Assembly (NCBI RefSeq): GCF_018977255.1
Contig: NW_024704742.1
Coordinates: forward strand, 89,592,001 to 89,656,000
Source of the DNA: Callorhinchus milii
Lineage: Eukaryota
DNA length: 64,000 nucleotides
Direction: 5' to 3'
Positions 35,938-50,296 of this stretch are shown here, in pieces; within the stretch, counting starts at the first letter, position 1; each line of letters begins with the position of its first letter. The notes beneath the pieces are model-generated. The model worked only from the letters and a program-made list of their open reading frames with translations. It was not told the origin of the DNA and searched no databases. Position numbers and translations under genes: made by a program.

Positions 35938-36896
35938 TGTTATAAACTGGACTGTGTCTTTTGATTCCAATAAAAAGAGCAACTGACATGAGTGATGCCT
36001 TATAAATAGCATTGCCATCTCCCCCACACAGCTCCCCCATGAGTGAGATCATGGACGTACTGTAAACCCAATCCACAAGACCGTGCATTATCAGTCCTAA
36101 TGTATGGTGCCAACTGAAATCAAAAGATGTGTTNAAAAAAAATCAGTCCAATCTCCTCGGAAACATTAGAATCAAAAATAGCAATTATTCATAAGTCTTT
36201 GTATATGTAAAAAAAACTGTGTTAAAACTTCGACAATTGTTTCGAAAATCCAAACTCTTAACAGTCTTCCTGACTCTCATTTCAGTCAGTGATCGTGAAG
36301 TGAAGGGAAATGCCTTATTGGTATGCAGTGTTACCAATTATCTGCAGAGTCAGAGCCCATTTACAGCTAATAAGAAATAAGAGGACAAAATTAAATCTCC
36401 TGTGTGAACTCATCATTTACATATTTATTACACAGAAATGCTAATGAAGCTAATAAGAAATTCCAGTACTAATTTAAAAGCCGAGGACATCTCTCTATAA
36501 AATATCAACTGACACAGCTGGCTTCAAAAACAAGGTACATATTGTGTTTAAAACAAACTTGATTTGCATATTAATGTTAGCTCTTAAAAGGAATGTCCAC
36601 ATTTATACGTAGGAAAAATGGATATAAAGGAGTGTGACACAGCTGCAGAATCTAGGGGTTCAGAGAATGTCCTTGGGTGACATGGTAATGTCTATATACT
36701 TTAGCAATATCATTTGATCCTCAAGGATTTACATGCTCCCAGATACTTACTACAACTTGCACAGTTATAGTGCTTTTCATGTAGGATGAACATCTCAAAG
36801 AGCTTCACAAAAGCAAAGGAAATCCAGAAGAAAAAAGGGGGAGTTAAATGGAGTTGACTAAAGTAGGTCAAAGAGTTATGTTTTTAAGAGGGATTT

Positions 36897-37215
36897 GTGG
36901 AGTCCTGTAGCTCAGTGGTTAGAGCACTCGCTTTGCAAGTGAGAGACCTGAGTTCAATTCCAGGCAGGGCGAAACCTTGGGCAAGTTTCCTTACTCCACA
37001 CAGAGCCTAATAATAATCCCTCCAAAACCAAGAACAATAATAAATTGGTCATTTTCAATCCATGACTGTTTGTGGGACATTGCTGTGCGCAATTGGCTGC
37101 CGCGTTCGCCCACAAATATACAGTCAATTTACTTTACAGTGTGTTCTGTGAGCGCTTTGGGACGTCCTCCCGACGTGAAAAGCGCTATATCAAATGCAAG
37201 GATTATTATTATTAT
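36897..37215 (+). mobile_element. tRNA-derived SINE family A (short form), full length
   Basis: Nearly identical to 12436-12750; intact A/B boxes; (ATT)n tail. Confidence 0.92.
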
Positions 37216-37787
37216 AAGGTCGAGTGAGAAGGGACGAAATCACAGATGGGGATTTCAGCTGCAGAGGGGGTGAGATAGGGAGCTAGGCCAGAAGTGGAAC
37301 AAGCTCAGATCTTGGCAAAGGAGTAAACATATATTATGCGCAATTGGCTGCCGCATTTTGCCAATAAAATATACAGTCAATTCACTTTACATTATATTCT
37401 GTGAAGTGCTTTGAGACGTCTCAATTACGTGATAAGGCGCTATATCAAATGCGAGGATTATTATTGTTCTTTGAATTAGACATTGGCATTAAACAGAATA
37501 ATGGTTTGGGAATGAAAGTTAGGAGCTAATTGATAAATTCACATTTATGCAATTCAAACTGAAGTGTTTTATTTTACAACCTGAGACATGTTCATATTTT
37601 CTATAGGATTGCACACGTATGTCACAGGATATTATGAGGCAATAAATGTTGATGATTTAAACCACAAGAGTGAAACTTAACTGGAGGCATGTTTCTGCTC
37701 TGAAGCACAATCCAACTTCTCTTATTTTGTACACTGGAATACATGCAAAAGGGTTTTGCGAAAGTGATATATTTTTAGAACAAGATA

Positions 37788-37982
37788 CTGTGGAACAGGC
37801 TCCCCAGGGGAACGGTTGAAGCAGGAAGTGTTGATTCTTTCAAACACAGATTAGATAGTTTTCTTTTAGGAAATAATGTTATGGGATACAGTACATATGT
37901 AGTTTGGGATATATGTACTTGTGACCACCAGGAAGGTGGAAGGCAAACTAGATGGACCTTGGTATTTCTTATGTTCTTATGT
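37788..37982 (+). mobile_element. CR1 LINE 3' end (same family as 30154-30996)
   Basis: gttgaagcaggaagt...tcaaacacagattaga...ggaaggcaaactagatggaccttgg...ttcttatgttcttatg, the reverse complement of ~30154-30380. Confidence 0.88.
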
Positions 37983-38101
37983 CCCTACGATAAATAAATA
38001 CTTAGTAGTATTTCCCACCAAAATGTACTTTTGCAATTAGCCTGTCTCCTGTCTCAGTCCAACTCACTTGATATGTGCCACTTGGTAACACATATATATT
38101 T

Positions 38102-38416
38102 CTGGAGTCCTGTAGCTCAGTGGTTAGAGAACTCGCCTTGCAAGTGAGATACCTGGGTTCAATTCCAGGCAGGGTGAAACCTTGGGCAAGTTTCATTACT
38201 CCACACGTCTAATAATAAACCCTCCAAAACAAAAAAAAACTGGTCATTTTCAATCCACAACTGTTTGTGGGACACTGCTGTACGCGATTGGCTGCCGCGT
38301 TTTGCCCACAACTATACTGTCAATTCAGTTTACAGTCTATTCTGTGAAGCGCTTTGAGGCATCTAGAAGACGTGAAAAGTCTTTATCAAATGCAAGGATT
38401 ATTATTATTATTATTA
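38102..38416 (+). mobile_element. tRNA-derived SINE family A (short form), full length
   Basis: ggagtcctgtagctcagtggttagagaactcgccttgcaagtgagatacctgggttcaattcc head; (ATT)n tail. Confidence 0.9.
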
Positions 38417-38424
38417 CATATCCA

Positions 38425-38910
38425 CTGAGTCATGAGGTTCTAGGTTTAAGCCTAATGATGGGACTTTGAGGTTACATTCTGGGCTGACACTCCAATAGAG
38501 TGCAGTGTGGGGTGGGGCGGGGGTGGGCATTCTTCACATGAGACGTTAAACTGAAGGGCTATCTGCCTATTCAGGAAGCGTTAAAGATCCCACGGCTCTA
38601 TATGAAATGAGAAGTGGGGGTTCTCCCGGTTTCCTGGCCAACAATCTGCCAAAATTGTAGTCATTGCTGCTTTTGGGACATTGCTGTGTGTAAATTGGCT
38701 GGCACATTTGCCTAATAATAATAATAAACCTTGCATTTGATAAAGGGCCTTATCACGTCTTCTAGACTTCTCAAAGCACTTTTTTAGAATATACCGTAAA
38801 GTGAATTGACTGTCTGCTTTGTGATTTTGTGGGCCTACAAAATAAACATTACACTACACTACACTTTATAGGAAAATTCTGTGAAGTGTTTTGAGATTCC
38901 TCCTGATGTA
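38425..38910 (+). mobile_element. DeuSINE-like family B with a nested antisense SINE tail (~38715-38832)
   Basis: Family B body is interrupted after tttgccta and resumes at gcctacaaaa; the gccta duplication flanks the insert. Confidence 0.7.
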
Positions 38911-40409
38911 TTATTACATTTTATTATAAGATAGGGGCCAACTACTTCAAGAGTATCTCAGAAATATCCTGAGATTTGCCTTTACTAAAGCGGTGAAACC
39001 TAGAGCTATCTCCTGGTGTTTGTTTTTGCCTTTGTGCAGCATCGCTTGATGTTGACAGTTTCCTGTTCCTTCACAAACTCCTCAGCATGGAGTGGAGTGG
39101 GACTAATAGTGCTGCAGATAGTCCACCGAAAGCACAGGGCAGGGTGGAATCCATAATTAGTCTTTCCAGGAATGGCTGTTACCAGTAGCACATTTTTCTT
39201 CAGCTTTTTTGAATCCTATCCCCTATCATTTACTGAAGTCTATTCAATCTGTCCCACTGGGAGCAAGCGGCGAGACCTAAATATATTTGTCATGTTGAGG
39301 TATCACGCCTCGATGAAAACACTGAAGCCACCGATTGTGCCCATCTGCTATTGTGAATGGCTAGGAGCACTTCACACTGCTTGAATACGCACTTTGTGAC
39401 ATTCCCCGGCAGCTCAGCACTGGAATTTGTTTCTGAATAAGCTTTAATTATGATAGCTCCCTTATCCAGGTCTGTCATCCTGTGGGGAAAAAGGGAAATG
39501 AAGGACATTGGAGAGCTTGTTGTCTGAGAGCCAAATGGGACTCTCTCCCGATGTCTTGACAACTTCATGCCAAAATTGCCTTGGCAGGAACTGTCCTTTT
39601 CATGGGTTCCCCAGTGTTATCATAGCAATTCTACCTTGTTCCTATAGAGGGAGCTCACAATGAAGAACAAGAAGAACAACAACAACTTGCATTTATATAA
39701 TAATAATCCTTGCATCTGATATAGCGCCATATGCCTGTTTGTGGGACATTGCTGTGCAGAAATTGGTAGCCGCATTTGTCCCCTGAATGCACAATCACTG
39801 CACTTTACAATAATTCTGTGAAGCACTTTGGGACACCTTCCTGGCGTGAAAGATGCTATGCAGATGTAAGGATCATTTTACCTATGGAACTGTACCAAGT
39901 AGAGAATAGAATGAAAAATGAGTGATACACTTTCAGGAGAGGAAGTAAAGAGGAAAAAAAATGGAGAAGAAAATTGACAAGAGAAGAAAAAATTCCTAAA
40001 AGATTAATTTAAATGTTCATCTTCAGCTCTTTATGAAGACGTGAGGAGATTCGTGTTGGGCTTTTCAGGCTTACACCTATTAATTATTTGTGAGCTTGCT
40101 TCCAGCAGTTAGCATAGCATTAAAAAAATGAATAATTATTGTATCATCCACACTTGCTGGCTGGTGCTTCTCCATGCTTTCTTTAATAAAGAAAAGACCT
40201 CGATTACTTTTGTAGCGGAGGACAAAAGGGCAATAAACACCATTACAAACACTTTATTTAGGACCAACCCTGAGCCTTTAGAGTAGATCAAACATGATTT
40301 AATTCTATCAACATACTGACAAAAAGGGAAATTGCAGTCAATTATGGAATTAAGGACTGAATTATAGAATGCTTGAATATGCAAATTAGTTGTATTAAAC
40401 TCTTTTTAA

Positions 40410-41110
40410 AAAGCTGGACCATATAATCCACATGTTCAATACAAATGAGCACAAGGCATTGCAAATAGGAAGTAAAAATAGGAGGAACGAGTACTTCACA
40501 GATAGGATAGAACTTGCCAAGGGGAAAGCTGAAGGAGACCACAGGGTGTTAGTTGACTCATCGCTCACTACGTCAAAGCCGCGTGTGGCAGCAATAAACA
40601 AGGGAAACAGGATGCTGGACTACATTGCCAAATCAGTTCAGTTCATATCCTCAGAAGACACACTCAAGCTCTATAATGCTCTGATCAGGCCGCACCTAAA
40701 GCATTTCATATAGTTCTAGCATTAGAGTCAACAAGGATAATCCCCGGTGTTGGAGGAATGAGCTATGCGCAACAACTAGATAAAACTATGGCCTTTAAGC
40801 CTTGAAAAGAGATAACTCACAGGAGACCTTGTAGAGATGTTTAAATTCTAAATTGCAAAACTGTAATTTCAGATACACTGAGGCAAGGACACAGGTTCAG
40901 AATTGCGGAGGACATTTCAGGACATACAACAGGAAGCATTTTATCTCACCAAGAGTAATCAACGACTGGCACAGGTTATCAGGAAAGGTGGCTGAGACCA
41001 GGACATCGGACTCTCAAGAAACATTTTGATGCAGTAATGGGAGGATTGTAGGGTGGGTGTTCGGGAAGAATAAGATAAAATGGACCATAAGGCCCTCTTC
41101 ATCCAAACAG
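40410..41110 (+). mobile_element. Old CR1 LINE 3' fragment
   Basis: FNTNEHKALQIG...VLVDSSL...INKGNRMLDYIAKSV...LKLYNALIRPHL, then decayed cttgaaaagaga...ggagacctt; CR1 RT C-terminus. Confidence 0.8.
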
Positions 41111-41468
41111 GGGCCTAGCAAAACCCTGGTATTCAAGAACAACAAAAACAACAAATGACATTTGTACAGCGCCTTTCAAATCAGGAGGACGTCCCAAGCC
41201 ATTGGAAGCATTCAGAGGGTTGGCCTGTCAATTCTGTTATTTACTGAAATGGCAAATTAGGTTTCGTTGATTGTTGCTACTAAAATTGTGTGGAGGAGTC
41301 CAGGGTAGAAAGGTGAAGTGGCACATAAGGCAACCATACGAATTTACAGTACAGAAGAAGACCAATCGGCCCATCATGTCTGTGCTGGCTCTTTAAAATA
41401 CGGATTGCAAAAAAACCAATGGAATAATTAACCGTTGCAAAACAAAGGAGTGAGCAAAATCATAAGGG

Positions 41469-42406
41469 AACAACAACAACAACAAAATTACATTTGTATA
41501 GCGCCTTTCATGTCGGGAGGATGTCTCAAGGCACAGTCAGAGCTTCAAACCCGAACTGGTGGTCGGGTTTGGGGAGGGTGGAGGGTAGGGGGGAAGCAGG
41601 GTGATTAAAAGCATGGTTGAAGAGGAGGGTTTTGAGATGGGTCTTGAAGGAGGCAAGGGAGGGGGTGAGGCAGAGAGACTGCGGGATGGAGTTCCAGAGG
41701 GTGGGTGCAGAGGGACAGAAGGCCCATCCACCAATGTCGAGCGAGGCGGGGCATGTGAAGCAGGCCGGAACCTGCTGAGCGGAGGGAGCGGGAAGGATGG
41801 TCGGGGGTTAGGAGGTCGGAGAGTTAAGGGGGAGCAAGTCCGTGAGGGCTTTGAAGGTGAGGACCAGGATCTTGAACTGTATCCTCTGTGTGATGGGAAG
41901 CCAGTGGAGTCAGGTTAGGATGGGGGTGATAGGGTCATGGAGCCTGGCGCAGGAGAGGACACAGGCTGCAGAGTTCTGGATGATCTGCAGCCTATGGAGG
42001 GATGAGTTGGGGAGGCCGACAAGCAGGGAGTTTGCACAGTAAAGCCTCGATATAATGAATGTGTATATCAGGGTTTCGGCGGCCTGCGGTGTGAGACAAT
42101 GGCAGAGCCGGGCGATGTTGCAGAGGTGGTGGAAGGCAGAGTGGGTCATTGCTCGGATGTGGAATAAAAAGGATAGTTGAGGGTCAAACAAGATGCCAAG
42201 GTTCTGGACTGGCTTAGCAAGGTGGAGTGTGCAACCATGGATGGTGATGCTGTCAGTACCTGAGGTGAGGAGGTGCTGAAGGGAGCCAATCAGGAGAGCC
42301 TCGGTCTTGTTGAGGTTCAACTGAAGAAAGTTAACTCTGATCCAGAAGGTGATATCCGACAGACATTCTGTCAGGACAGCAGTGGTCCTGGAGTCAAGGG
42401 TGGAAA
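41469..42406 (-). mobile_element. 5'-truncated L2 LINE (second subfamily)
   Basis: Minus frame CLSDITFWIRVNFLQLNLNKTEALLIG...NLGILFDPQLSF...SRLYCANSLLVGLP...LQIIQNSAA; (CAA)n tail on the plus strand. Confidence 0.92.
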
Positions 42407-45400
42407 CTTTACTGTAGAAGAATGCTCTTTTTATGGAGGTATTATCCCCTGGTTTGTTAATCTCCACAACTTGAAACTTTCTGACTTATGCAGTGGTAGA
42501 AAGTAACACCAAGGGAGGCCAGCACTCCTGCCAAATATGAATCTCAGCATTGATATGATATGACAACCATAATGAATTATTCTCTATCTGAAATGTTGCC
42601 CACTGGATGTCAGGTGGAGAGAGTTTTTGCCCATTTGCAGTTTTATTGCCAAATCTGATGAGAATATTGGAGCCCTGGGTTTGAATCCTACTTTCTTGTG
42701 CCCAGTTTCTACTATTCTAACCTCTGGAACTCCCTCCATCTACCATTCCTTCTTGCCCTTCTCTTTCTGTCTTTCAGTCCAGCCTCAAATCCTAACTCTT
42801 TGAAAGCACCTCTGGCCTCCTCCTTTCCTTTCTCCTTTGCTCAGTGTCCAACCCATCCTAGTAAAGTACTTCAAGATGCGATTCCAATTGAATAATGCTT
42901 TACAAATGCAAATTGTTGTTGTTATCTTTATTTAAACTTTTCCTATGGGGCTGTGTTTGCCAGCGTAACTAACTTATTTGTAGAGAAAGAATGTAAAAAA
43001 ACTTGGCCTATCAGAATATGGGCACGTCCTCATTGCTCAAAATAATCTCCTAGTGGCAAAGAAAGGGACAAAATAGAAAGGTCTAAAAGATGACTATCCT
43101 GATGGATGGCCTAGGTATGCGAGATGGATGAAGAGTACACAGCAGTAGCAAATCAATAAGTTACACGTTTACAAGGAAGAGTGGAGATACCCTCCTTTCC
43201 CTTCTCATAATTATAATACATATAAATATATGAGTCATAATCATAATAATCCTTGCATTTGATATCACCTTATCACCTCATTGAGACGTCTCAAAGCTCT
43301 TCACAGGATATACTGTAAAGCGTCCATTTGCTGGGTGAACACAACAGCCAACTTGTGGAAATCAACATTCCCCCAAAACCCAAGGAGTTGACTATTTTTT
43401 TATTTGGGGGGAATTGTTGCCCAGGATAATAGGGCTGTAATAACCCTATTGTAATAGCCCAAATAAAGCTGTAATAGGCTTGTATTAAAGCTATAATAGG
43501 TTTGTAATAGGGCTCTAATGAAATAGAGGGCTTCAACAAATAAATTCTCTGATGCAGCATGTGTAAACCATGTCGAACTTCATATACATGTTGCTCCATG
43601 TGTGAAACACGTACAGACAATTACCGGTGTCCTTAATTATGCAATTAACAATGAACCAAAGAATAATTGGTTGTTAATGACTTATTTAACACATCATTTC
43701 CATTGTTATTAGTTATATAATTAAGGGCATCAACAATTTCCTATCCCTGTAATCCTCTAATCCCTATCTCTGCTATCCTACTCGCCTGCCACACGTTTCA
43801 CTTACTCCTGGCTCATGTTCCCTGCCTACTCTGTCCCAACATTGGTGGACAAGCTTTCAATCACATTTCTCCTGCTCTCTTCAACTCTCTCCCAAAATCC
43901 CTTTGCCTTGCCTCTTCTCTCTCTGCTTTTGAATCCCGCTTGAAGACCTATCTCTTTGTTTCTGTTTTCGACCACCTTGCAAGCTTCAAATAATAATAAT
44001 AATCCTTGCATTTGATATAGCATCTCATCACATCTTTGAGACGTGTTGAGACACTATATCAGTTTTTGTAAAGCAGTTAGAGATGTTCCCCTAAGGTGGA
44101 AGGTGCTGTAGAGGTGTAAATTCTTCTCATCAAATGACGTACTGTATCATGGATGCATTGGCTTACAAGCCTCACTGGAAATGAGCATTTGGCCAGTCAT
44201 TCTTTCATTTGAGAATATAGGTGAAGGGTCACGTACCATAGTGTAGCACAGCAATATGGATTAAGAGGACAGTGAAAGCAAGGTAAGCCAAAATAAATGT
44301 CCAGTCAATCCCAATCCCAAAGGCCTTCAGATTCAGCATTTGAGGAAAAGAATTCTGAGAAAGGTAAGGATTTCCACAGCCTTGAATTTCAGGAAAAGAA
44401 TAAGTTACAATGAGTTTGGACAGTGTGGCTGTGCAGTGAGGAGGAAGAACCTATAGGACAATATACAAAAAATAAAAATTTGGTCACTCAATCTACCACT
44501 GCTGTGCGCAATTGGCTGCCGCTTTTTGCCCACAAAATATACAGTCAATACATTCAAAGACTTGATGAGATGCTATATCAAAAGCAAGGATTGTTATTAT
44601 TATTAGTTGAAGTTTGCAAGCTTCCAGACAGGGTAGTCTGGAGGAGCATTGACAACACTAGCAATGGGTAACAGAAAAGAAAGATTGCAATAAGGAGATA
44701 GAGAGAGATTAGGAGAGAAAGAGAGAAAAAGAGAGAGTGGGGAAGGATGAAAACCAGAGATCAGGGAATGATCACCCATACAATGACAAGCCTTCACTTG
44801 CATTCCAAGGGAAGTGATGAATTAGCAAAGCCTTGCCGCAGATTGGAGTTGCATTTTTGGACTTTACAAAGTTAAGAAATAATGAGGGGGAGAAAATTTT
44901 GGCATAAAAGAGGAAAGTTAACTTCTTGGAAGTTGTTTTAGCATTGGAAGAAATATAGACTATCACTGCCTCATGAAAGAGTATGATGGTTTAGTGGTTC
45001 ACCTACTGCTCTGGAAGAGGTCTGAATGCATGGAGAGGATACCGTTTGAAGGATGCTGATGAATGTAGAGTTGGAAGCATCAATAAAAGAGTGAGTAGGG
45101 TTGTATGATGAATCAATGAGGTCATTGATGTGGAGAAGGAACAAAGTGGGAGAGAGAACAGAGCTCCAGGGAACTGGAGTTTATATAAAACATTGTCAGA
45201 TGATGAAATATCAATTACAGCACACATAAAGCAATTTGAGGGGAAACTAGATACCCAGGAACATAATGCTAGTGGAAGATCATGCGAAAAATATCCCCTC
45301 TTGAGGGGAGTTAGCCAAAGTCTCACTGGTGTTGAAGTTTACCAGACAAGGAGTTATGTCTGGCAAAGCCAGGCTGGTCTTCAGTAATGCAAGGCAGACC

Positions 45401-46111
45401 CAGAGAGGCAGACATGTCTTCAGTCCTGTAAACTCAGATCCTGAAGGTAGTCAGTGCCAGCTGAACCACTACAATGCTGTTTGTGCCAATAGCTTTAGAA
45501 TCACACATTGCTTGATCCTGTCAGAGGCTTTATAGAGGTGCAGCGGAATGACAAGTGAGTCAATAAAGTTCCTGTGCGCATAACAAAGACATGATCACCA
45601 GTTGAGCAGTTGTGCCAGAAAACAAACTGCTTTCTGACTCCGAGCTGAGAATGCTACCAGCTGAGCCAGCTGTCATTAGTGCTTTAGATTAGAAAACTTT
45701 GCTCACAGTACTTTTAATGGTCAGCATTTTTTTTAATATTAGGGGATAATAGCTACTCAAGACAAGCACACATCACTTTTTTGATCCCGATTAAGTGAAG
45801 CACAGAAATAACTGGAGAAACTGTACTGGCAAACCAACAGGGCAGCTTGAATTAATAGACATGAAATCAGTCTGTGTGATGAAACAGCATGTGTATTTTA
45901 CACAATCACAGCAACATGAGTCCTACCTAATATATATTTTCTATTTCTTATCTCACTCCTCTTTTCATTTCACTGGTACGGTGAAATACCCCCCCAAGTA
46001 AATGCACAAAATACATGAGCCTGGGCAACAGAGTGTTGATGGGCTGTTTAACAATGGGTAGAAAGGGCAGCTAATTTCAAGCCTCCTGTCTGGATACATA
46101 TTTTCAAAAAA

Positions 46112-46765
46112 CGTAAGAAGTACTAGATGAAAAAAAAGACAAGGTCCATCTAGTTTGCCTTTCACCTTCCTGGCGGTCGCCTGCACATATGTCCCGAACT
46201 GCCTATGTACGTTGTAACCTTGCATTGGATACGAATAATGTTATTTCCTAAAAGATAACTATCTAATCTGTTTGAAACAATCAACACTTGTTCCTCGGGA
46301 GCCTATTCCACAGGTTCACTGTTAGCTCACTGAAATAGTTTCTGTGTAGATTTGTTCTGAATTTACCCCGCTTCAATCGCAGGCCGTGTCCTCTGGTTTG
46401 ACTATTCTGGAAAAGTTGAAACAGCCTGTCATGATCTATATTGTCTTGTCCCTTTAGATCTTAAAGACAGCAATCATGTCACCTCTCAATCTTCTCTTGT
46501 CCAGCGTGAACTTGGCCAATTTACTTAGTCTCTCCTCATAGTGCAGTCCTTCCATTCCCTCAATCAATTTGGCTGACCTCCTCTGTATCTTCATGATTTC
46601 TCCAATATCCTTTTTGTACTGCAGCAGCCAGAACTGTACATAGTACTCTAAGTATGGTCTCACCAATGATCTATACAGTGGCAGGATTACCCTACTATTT
46701 TGGCTTGCTACTGATCTTTTGATGCATCCCAACATCTGGTTTGCTTTACTCACTGCCACAGAGCA
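46112..46765 (-). mobile_element. CR1 LINE 3' fragment (same family as 30154-30996)
   Basis: KANQMLGCIKRSV...LYRSLVRPYLEYYVQFW...YEERLSKL..TLDKRRLRGDMIAVFKI; highly similar to ~30180-30805. Confidence 0.93.
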
Positions 46766-46839
46766 ATGGGAATGCTAACTGTGGCAAAGTCCCCTAGAAT
46801 GGATCAAACTAACTTGGAGCATACCTGCGATCAATCACA

Positions 46840-47060
46840 GTGATCAATGGCAAGCTGTGTGGTTTAGCGGGTTACACTCCAGCAGCGTCCCGATGCACGC
46901 TCTGGGGTTCCAAACCTTGGCTCTTGCACATTCCATTCCAATAATCTATCTGTGGCGTTTCCACGTGTAGGTGGGGGAATGCATGGAAAACTCAGCTTGG
47001 TTTGGATGCTCCTAAGCATAGTGATGGGTTTCCGGATGTGTCTGACACCCGGCTGATCAA
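46840..47060 (+). mobile_element. Repeat family C copy
   Basis: Homologous to 33760-34040 with an internal deletion. Confidence 0.6.
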
Positions 47061-49269
47061 GCCTAGGAACTCTCTGATCATGTGGCTCAGTACAAGACTG
47101 TATCCATTTATGCACCGAGCTATCAGAGGAAAGTAATAACTATTGAAACAATATAGTGTTGATAACGCTGTACATTAGAGAAAATTTGGAAATCGATCAC
47201 AAACGATGTAACATTTATGGAACCATTTAAGATAAATCACTTAAGAATCAGCTTCCTATCTGCAATTACTCTTAATTATTAGGTTCTCTGTGAGAAATCA
47301 TTTTGCACATAGTTTCTTATTCTGAGTCCATTTATAATGACCACAATTTCATAACTGATGTATCAAATATTCTATTCTAAAATTAGTGATTACAATAACA
47401 ATCTTTGCGAGCACAGAGATAACTGATTGCATTTGTATAATGCATTAGTCTGAGCCACTTAGTTGCATGCAATTTTGAACTCACCAAACAAAACTGTCAT
47501 TTGAATAAATATATTATTCACTGGTACACTGCGTAACAAGTTATTCCTAAAGAGAAAAAAAAACTAATTTCATTCTAGTTTGTTGTGAGGAAAATGTAAT
47601 CTGCTAATTTTATTTTTGTTCCACAATTGTTATAAAGCATCTTCTGCATGACATTTAGTTAATTTACCAGTCCCGAAAAGCTAATGATTCTACAACAAAA
47701 TGTAATAAAACGTGATGTTTTTTCTAACCAAAATTCATTTATTATGGTCAGCACTAATGAATCTTATTACATTTTTGATTTGTAGGGGATGGATTTTTAA
47801 ATATTAGAATTAAATTAGACTCACACCCCGCAAATATTATGCTTGATGTGACTTAACAGATTACCAGCTGCTTTTGATTTCTCTCATTTCTCTACTAAAG
47901 GATGAGAAAATTGCTGTCAAAGCCATAGCAAGTAATTGCAAAGAAGAACTACATTGAAACTGCATTCCCTATTAGCCTGGAGTCAGCATGTCAGCCTGGT
48001 TCAGTTGGTAGAATTCTTACCTCTGAGTCAAAAGATTGTGGGTTCTTGGCTGAAAATCCAGTACAGCAATTGGGTGTGCTGCATTGTTGAAGGTGCTGTC
48101 CTTTAAATGAGCCGTTAAACCGAGGTCCTGTTTGCCTGTTCAGGTAAAATGGCACTTAATGAAAAAAGTGCTCTTTTTTCTTTTAGTACAGGAAGCAAAG
48201 GCTACAAGCAATGCACAGTGAAACCATTTTTCATGCTTCGCTATAGTGGGATTTAACAGATCCCAACAACCATGTTACCATAAGGTTCCACTCTATCATT
48301 ACTTTTGAGAAGGGGAGAAGAAGAGGAGATATTTGACAAAAAGAAAAGCAAAGCCTTTGCTGGCTCTAGCCACCATTTCTGCTCCCAGTGGGAAAGAAAC
48401 TATTATCTAATTGGTGCAATGAACTAGCTTGTTCTTTACAGACAGCCTACAGCCAGATGCAACATCACAGAGACCACTGAGCTCGCATCCAGCATTATTT
48501 ATATCTCAGTCTGAAGGAGTGACCAATTTTATTTGGGGGATTGTTAACCAGAAAACTGGGAGAAACAGAGGGACATTAACTTCCACCTGAAATGGCAGAC
48601 AGGAACTTGGTTAACATGACACCTGAAGGACCTCTTACAATGCATTGTCCTCTGACTGTATTGGAGTGCTGATCTATACAAGGTTAGAATGACTGCTTTC
48701 AATTTATAATCCAATATCTTTGAGCTATAACCTTGCATTGGATAAGATTTCTCGATAGCAGTTTCACATTTACTGGCAACTTTCAGTGAATGATCAATAA
48801 TTGCATTTAAATACTCAACCACCTCTGCTGACAGACACTTTGATCAAGTTGCATTAGCTTACATGTATCAACACTAAAAATCCATTTGCCACTCCTGGGT
48901 TATTTTACTGTAAATCAGATCATTTTGAATGTGATTTATATTATTAACTGCGCTCACAATTTGGTACCATCAACATCTGCGATCAGACATATTAGTGCAC
49001 AAACCCCTTGTGCCATCTGGGTACTGCATTGGACTTCCATTTCAAAATAAACAGTGATAAAACAAAAGAACTTTACTGCTATAACGAAAAGGTAATTGTG
49101 ACAACACTGCTCATTAACATGTGTGATAATTTTAACTTACCCACCCCCCACCCAACAGTATATTTTGTCCTTCCTATTGAACCAAAAAGTTGAAGATGAA
49201 ATAAGCTTTTAAAAAAATATATCAAATGCTAGCACTCAGAGACTCAAAAACCTAATATAGAGACTACAC

Positions 49270-49565
49270 CTGTCCTTCTGATGAGATGTTAAACCAAAGT
49301 TCCATCTACATGTTCAAGTGGACATTAAAGATCCCAGGACATAATTTGAAAAGAGAAGGGAGTTTCTCCCAATATCCTGGCCAACAATCTCCAATAAAAT
49401 TGGTCATTTACTTCATGGCTGTTTGTGGGAGATTACTGTGCACAACTTAACTGCCACATTCACCCACAAAACACTATACTTTGCACTATATCATGTGAAG
49501 CGCTTTGGGAATTCCTTGAATTGAAAGGCGCTATACCAAATACAAGGAATATAATTAGTAATATT
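49270..49565 (+). mobile_element. DeuSINE-like family B 3' two-thirds
   Basis: gatgagatgttaaacc...ttaaagatccca...gagaagggagtttctcc...ctggccaacaatc. Confidence 0.8.
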
Positions 49566-49873
49566 ACCACCTACCAGTTGTTACATGAATGCTTATGACA
49601 TAGGCAACCAAGCCTCTCAGAAGGTGACTCGGTATATCAACTAACACAATATCATTCATAATTTTGTTGCCCCCAATTAACAAGGCACATAGCTATTGGA
49701 TCTTAGTGAGCTCGGGAACTAAATTATGAAGAAAGACCAGGTTTGTTTTTTCTGGAGAAAGGAAGACTGATTCACGGAGACTTGATTCAGGCAAATAGAA
49801 TATCTAAAAGCAAGGGTAGGATTGCTTTGGGAAAACAGAGCCTATGAATATAATATTTACAAGCCTACTGCTG

Positions 49874-50296
49874 ATAATAATCCTTGCATTTGATACAGTG
49901 CCTTCTTGCACCAAAATGTCTCAAAACTCGTCACATATTTTCCACATATTGTTAGACGAAAGTGGTCAATTTGAAAATCCAATTTGCACACAGCCATGAC
50001 CCACAAACAGCCATGAAGTTAAAGATATTTTTTGTGATGGGGGAATGTTGGAAAAACACCAGGAAAAACTTCCTTTTCTTTTCAAATAAAGTGATGAGAT
50101 CTTTAATGTCCATCTGAATAGAGAGATGGGACCTCAGTTTAACAACTCATTTGAATCATGGCACGTTCGATAATGCAGCGCTCTTTCAGCCTGTGTTAGA
50201 CTGTCAGCTCAGACTAGGAGCTCAAAGACACAACCTCCGGCATGAACCTACAATCTTCTGATTTAAGAATGCTACCAACAGAACCAGGCTGACACT
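49874..50296 (-). mobile_element. DeuSINE-like SINE family B, full length
   Basis: Minus strand begins gtgtcagcctggttctgttggtagcattc and ends aaatgcaaggattatt. Confidence 0.8.

Noticed and set aside
36134..36134. Single N base
   Set aside because: Assembly ambiguity beside a poly-A run; no biological meaning, though a small gap cannot be excluded.
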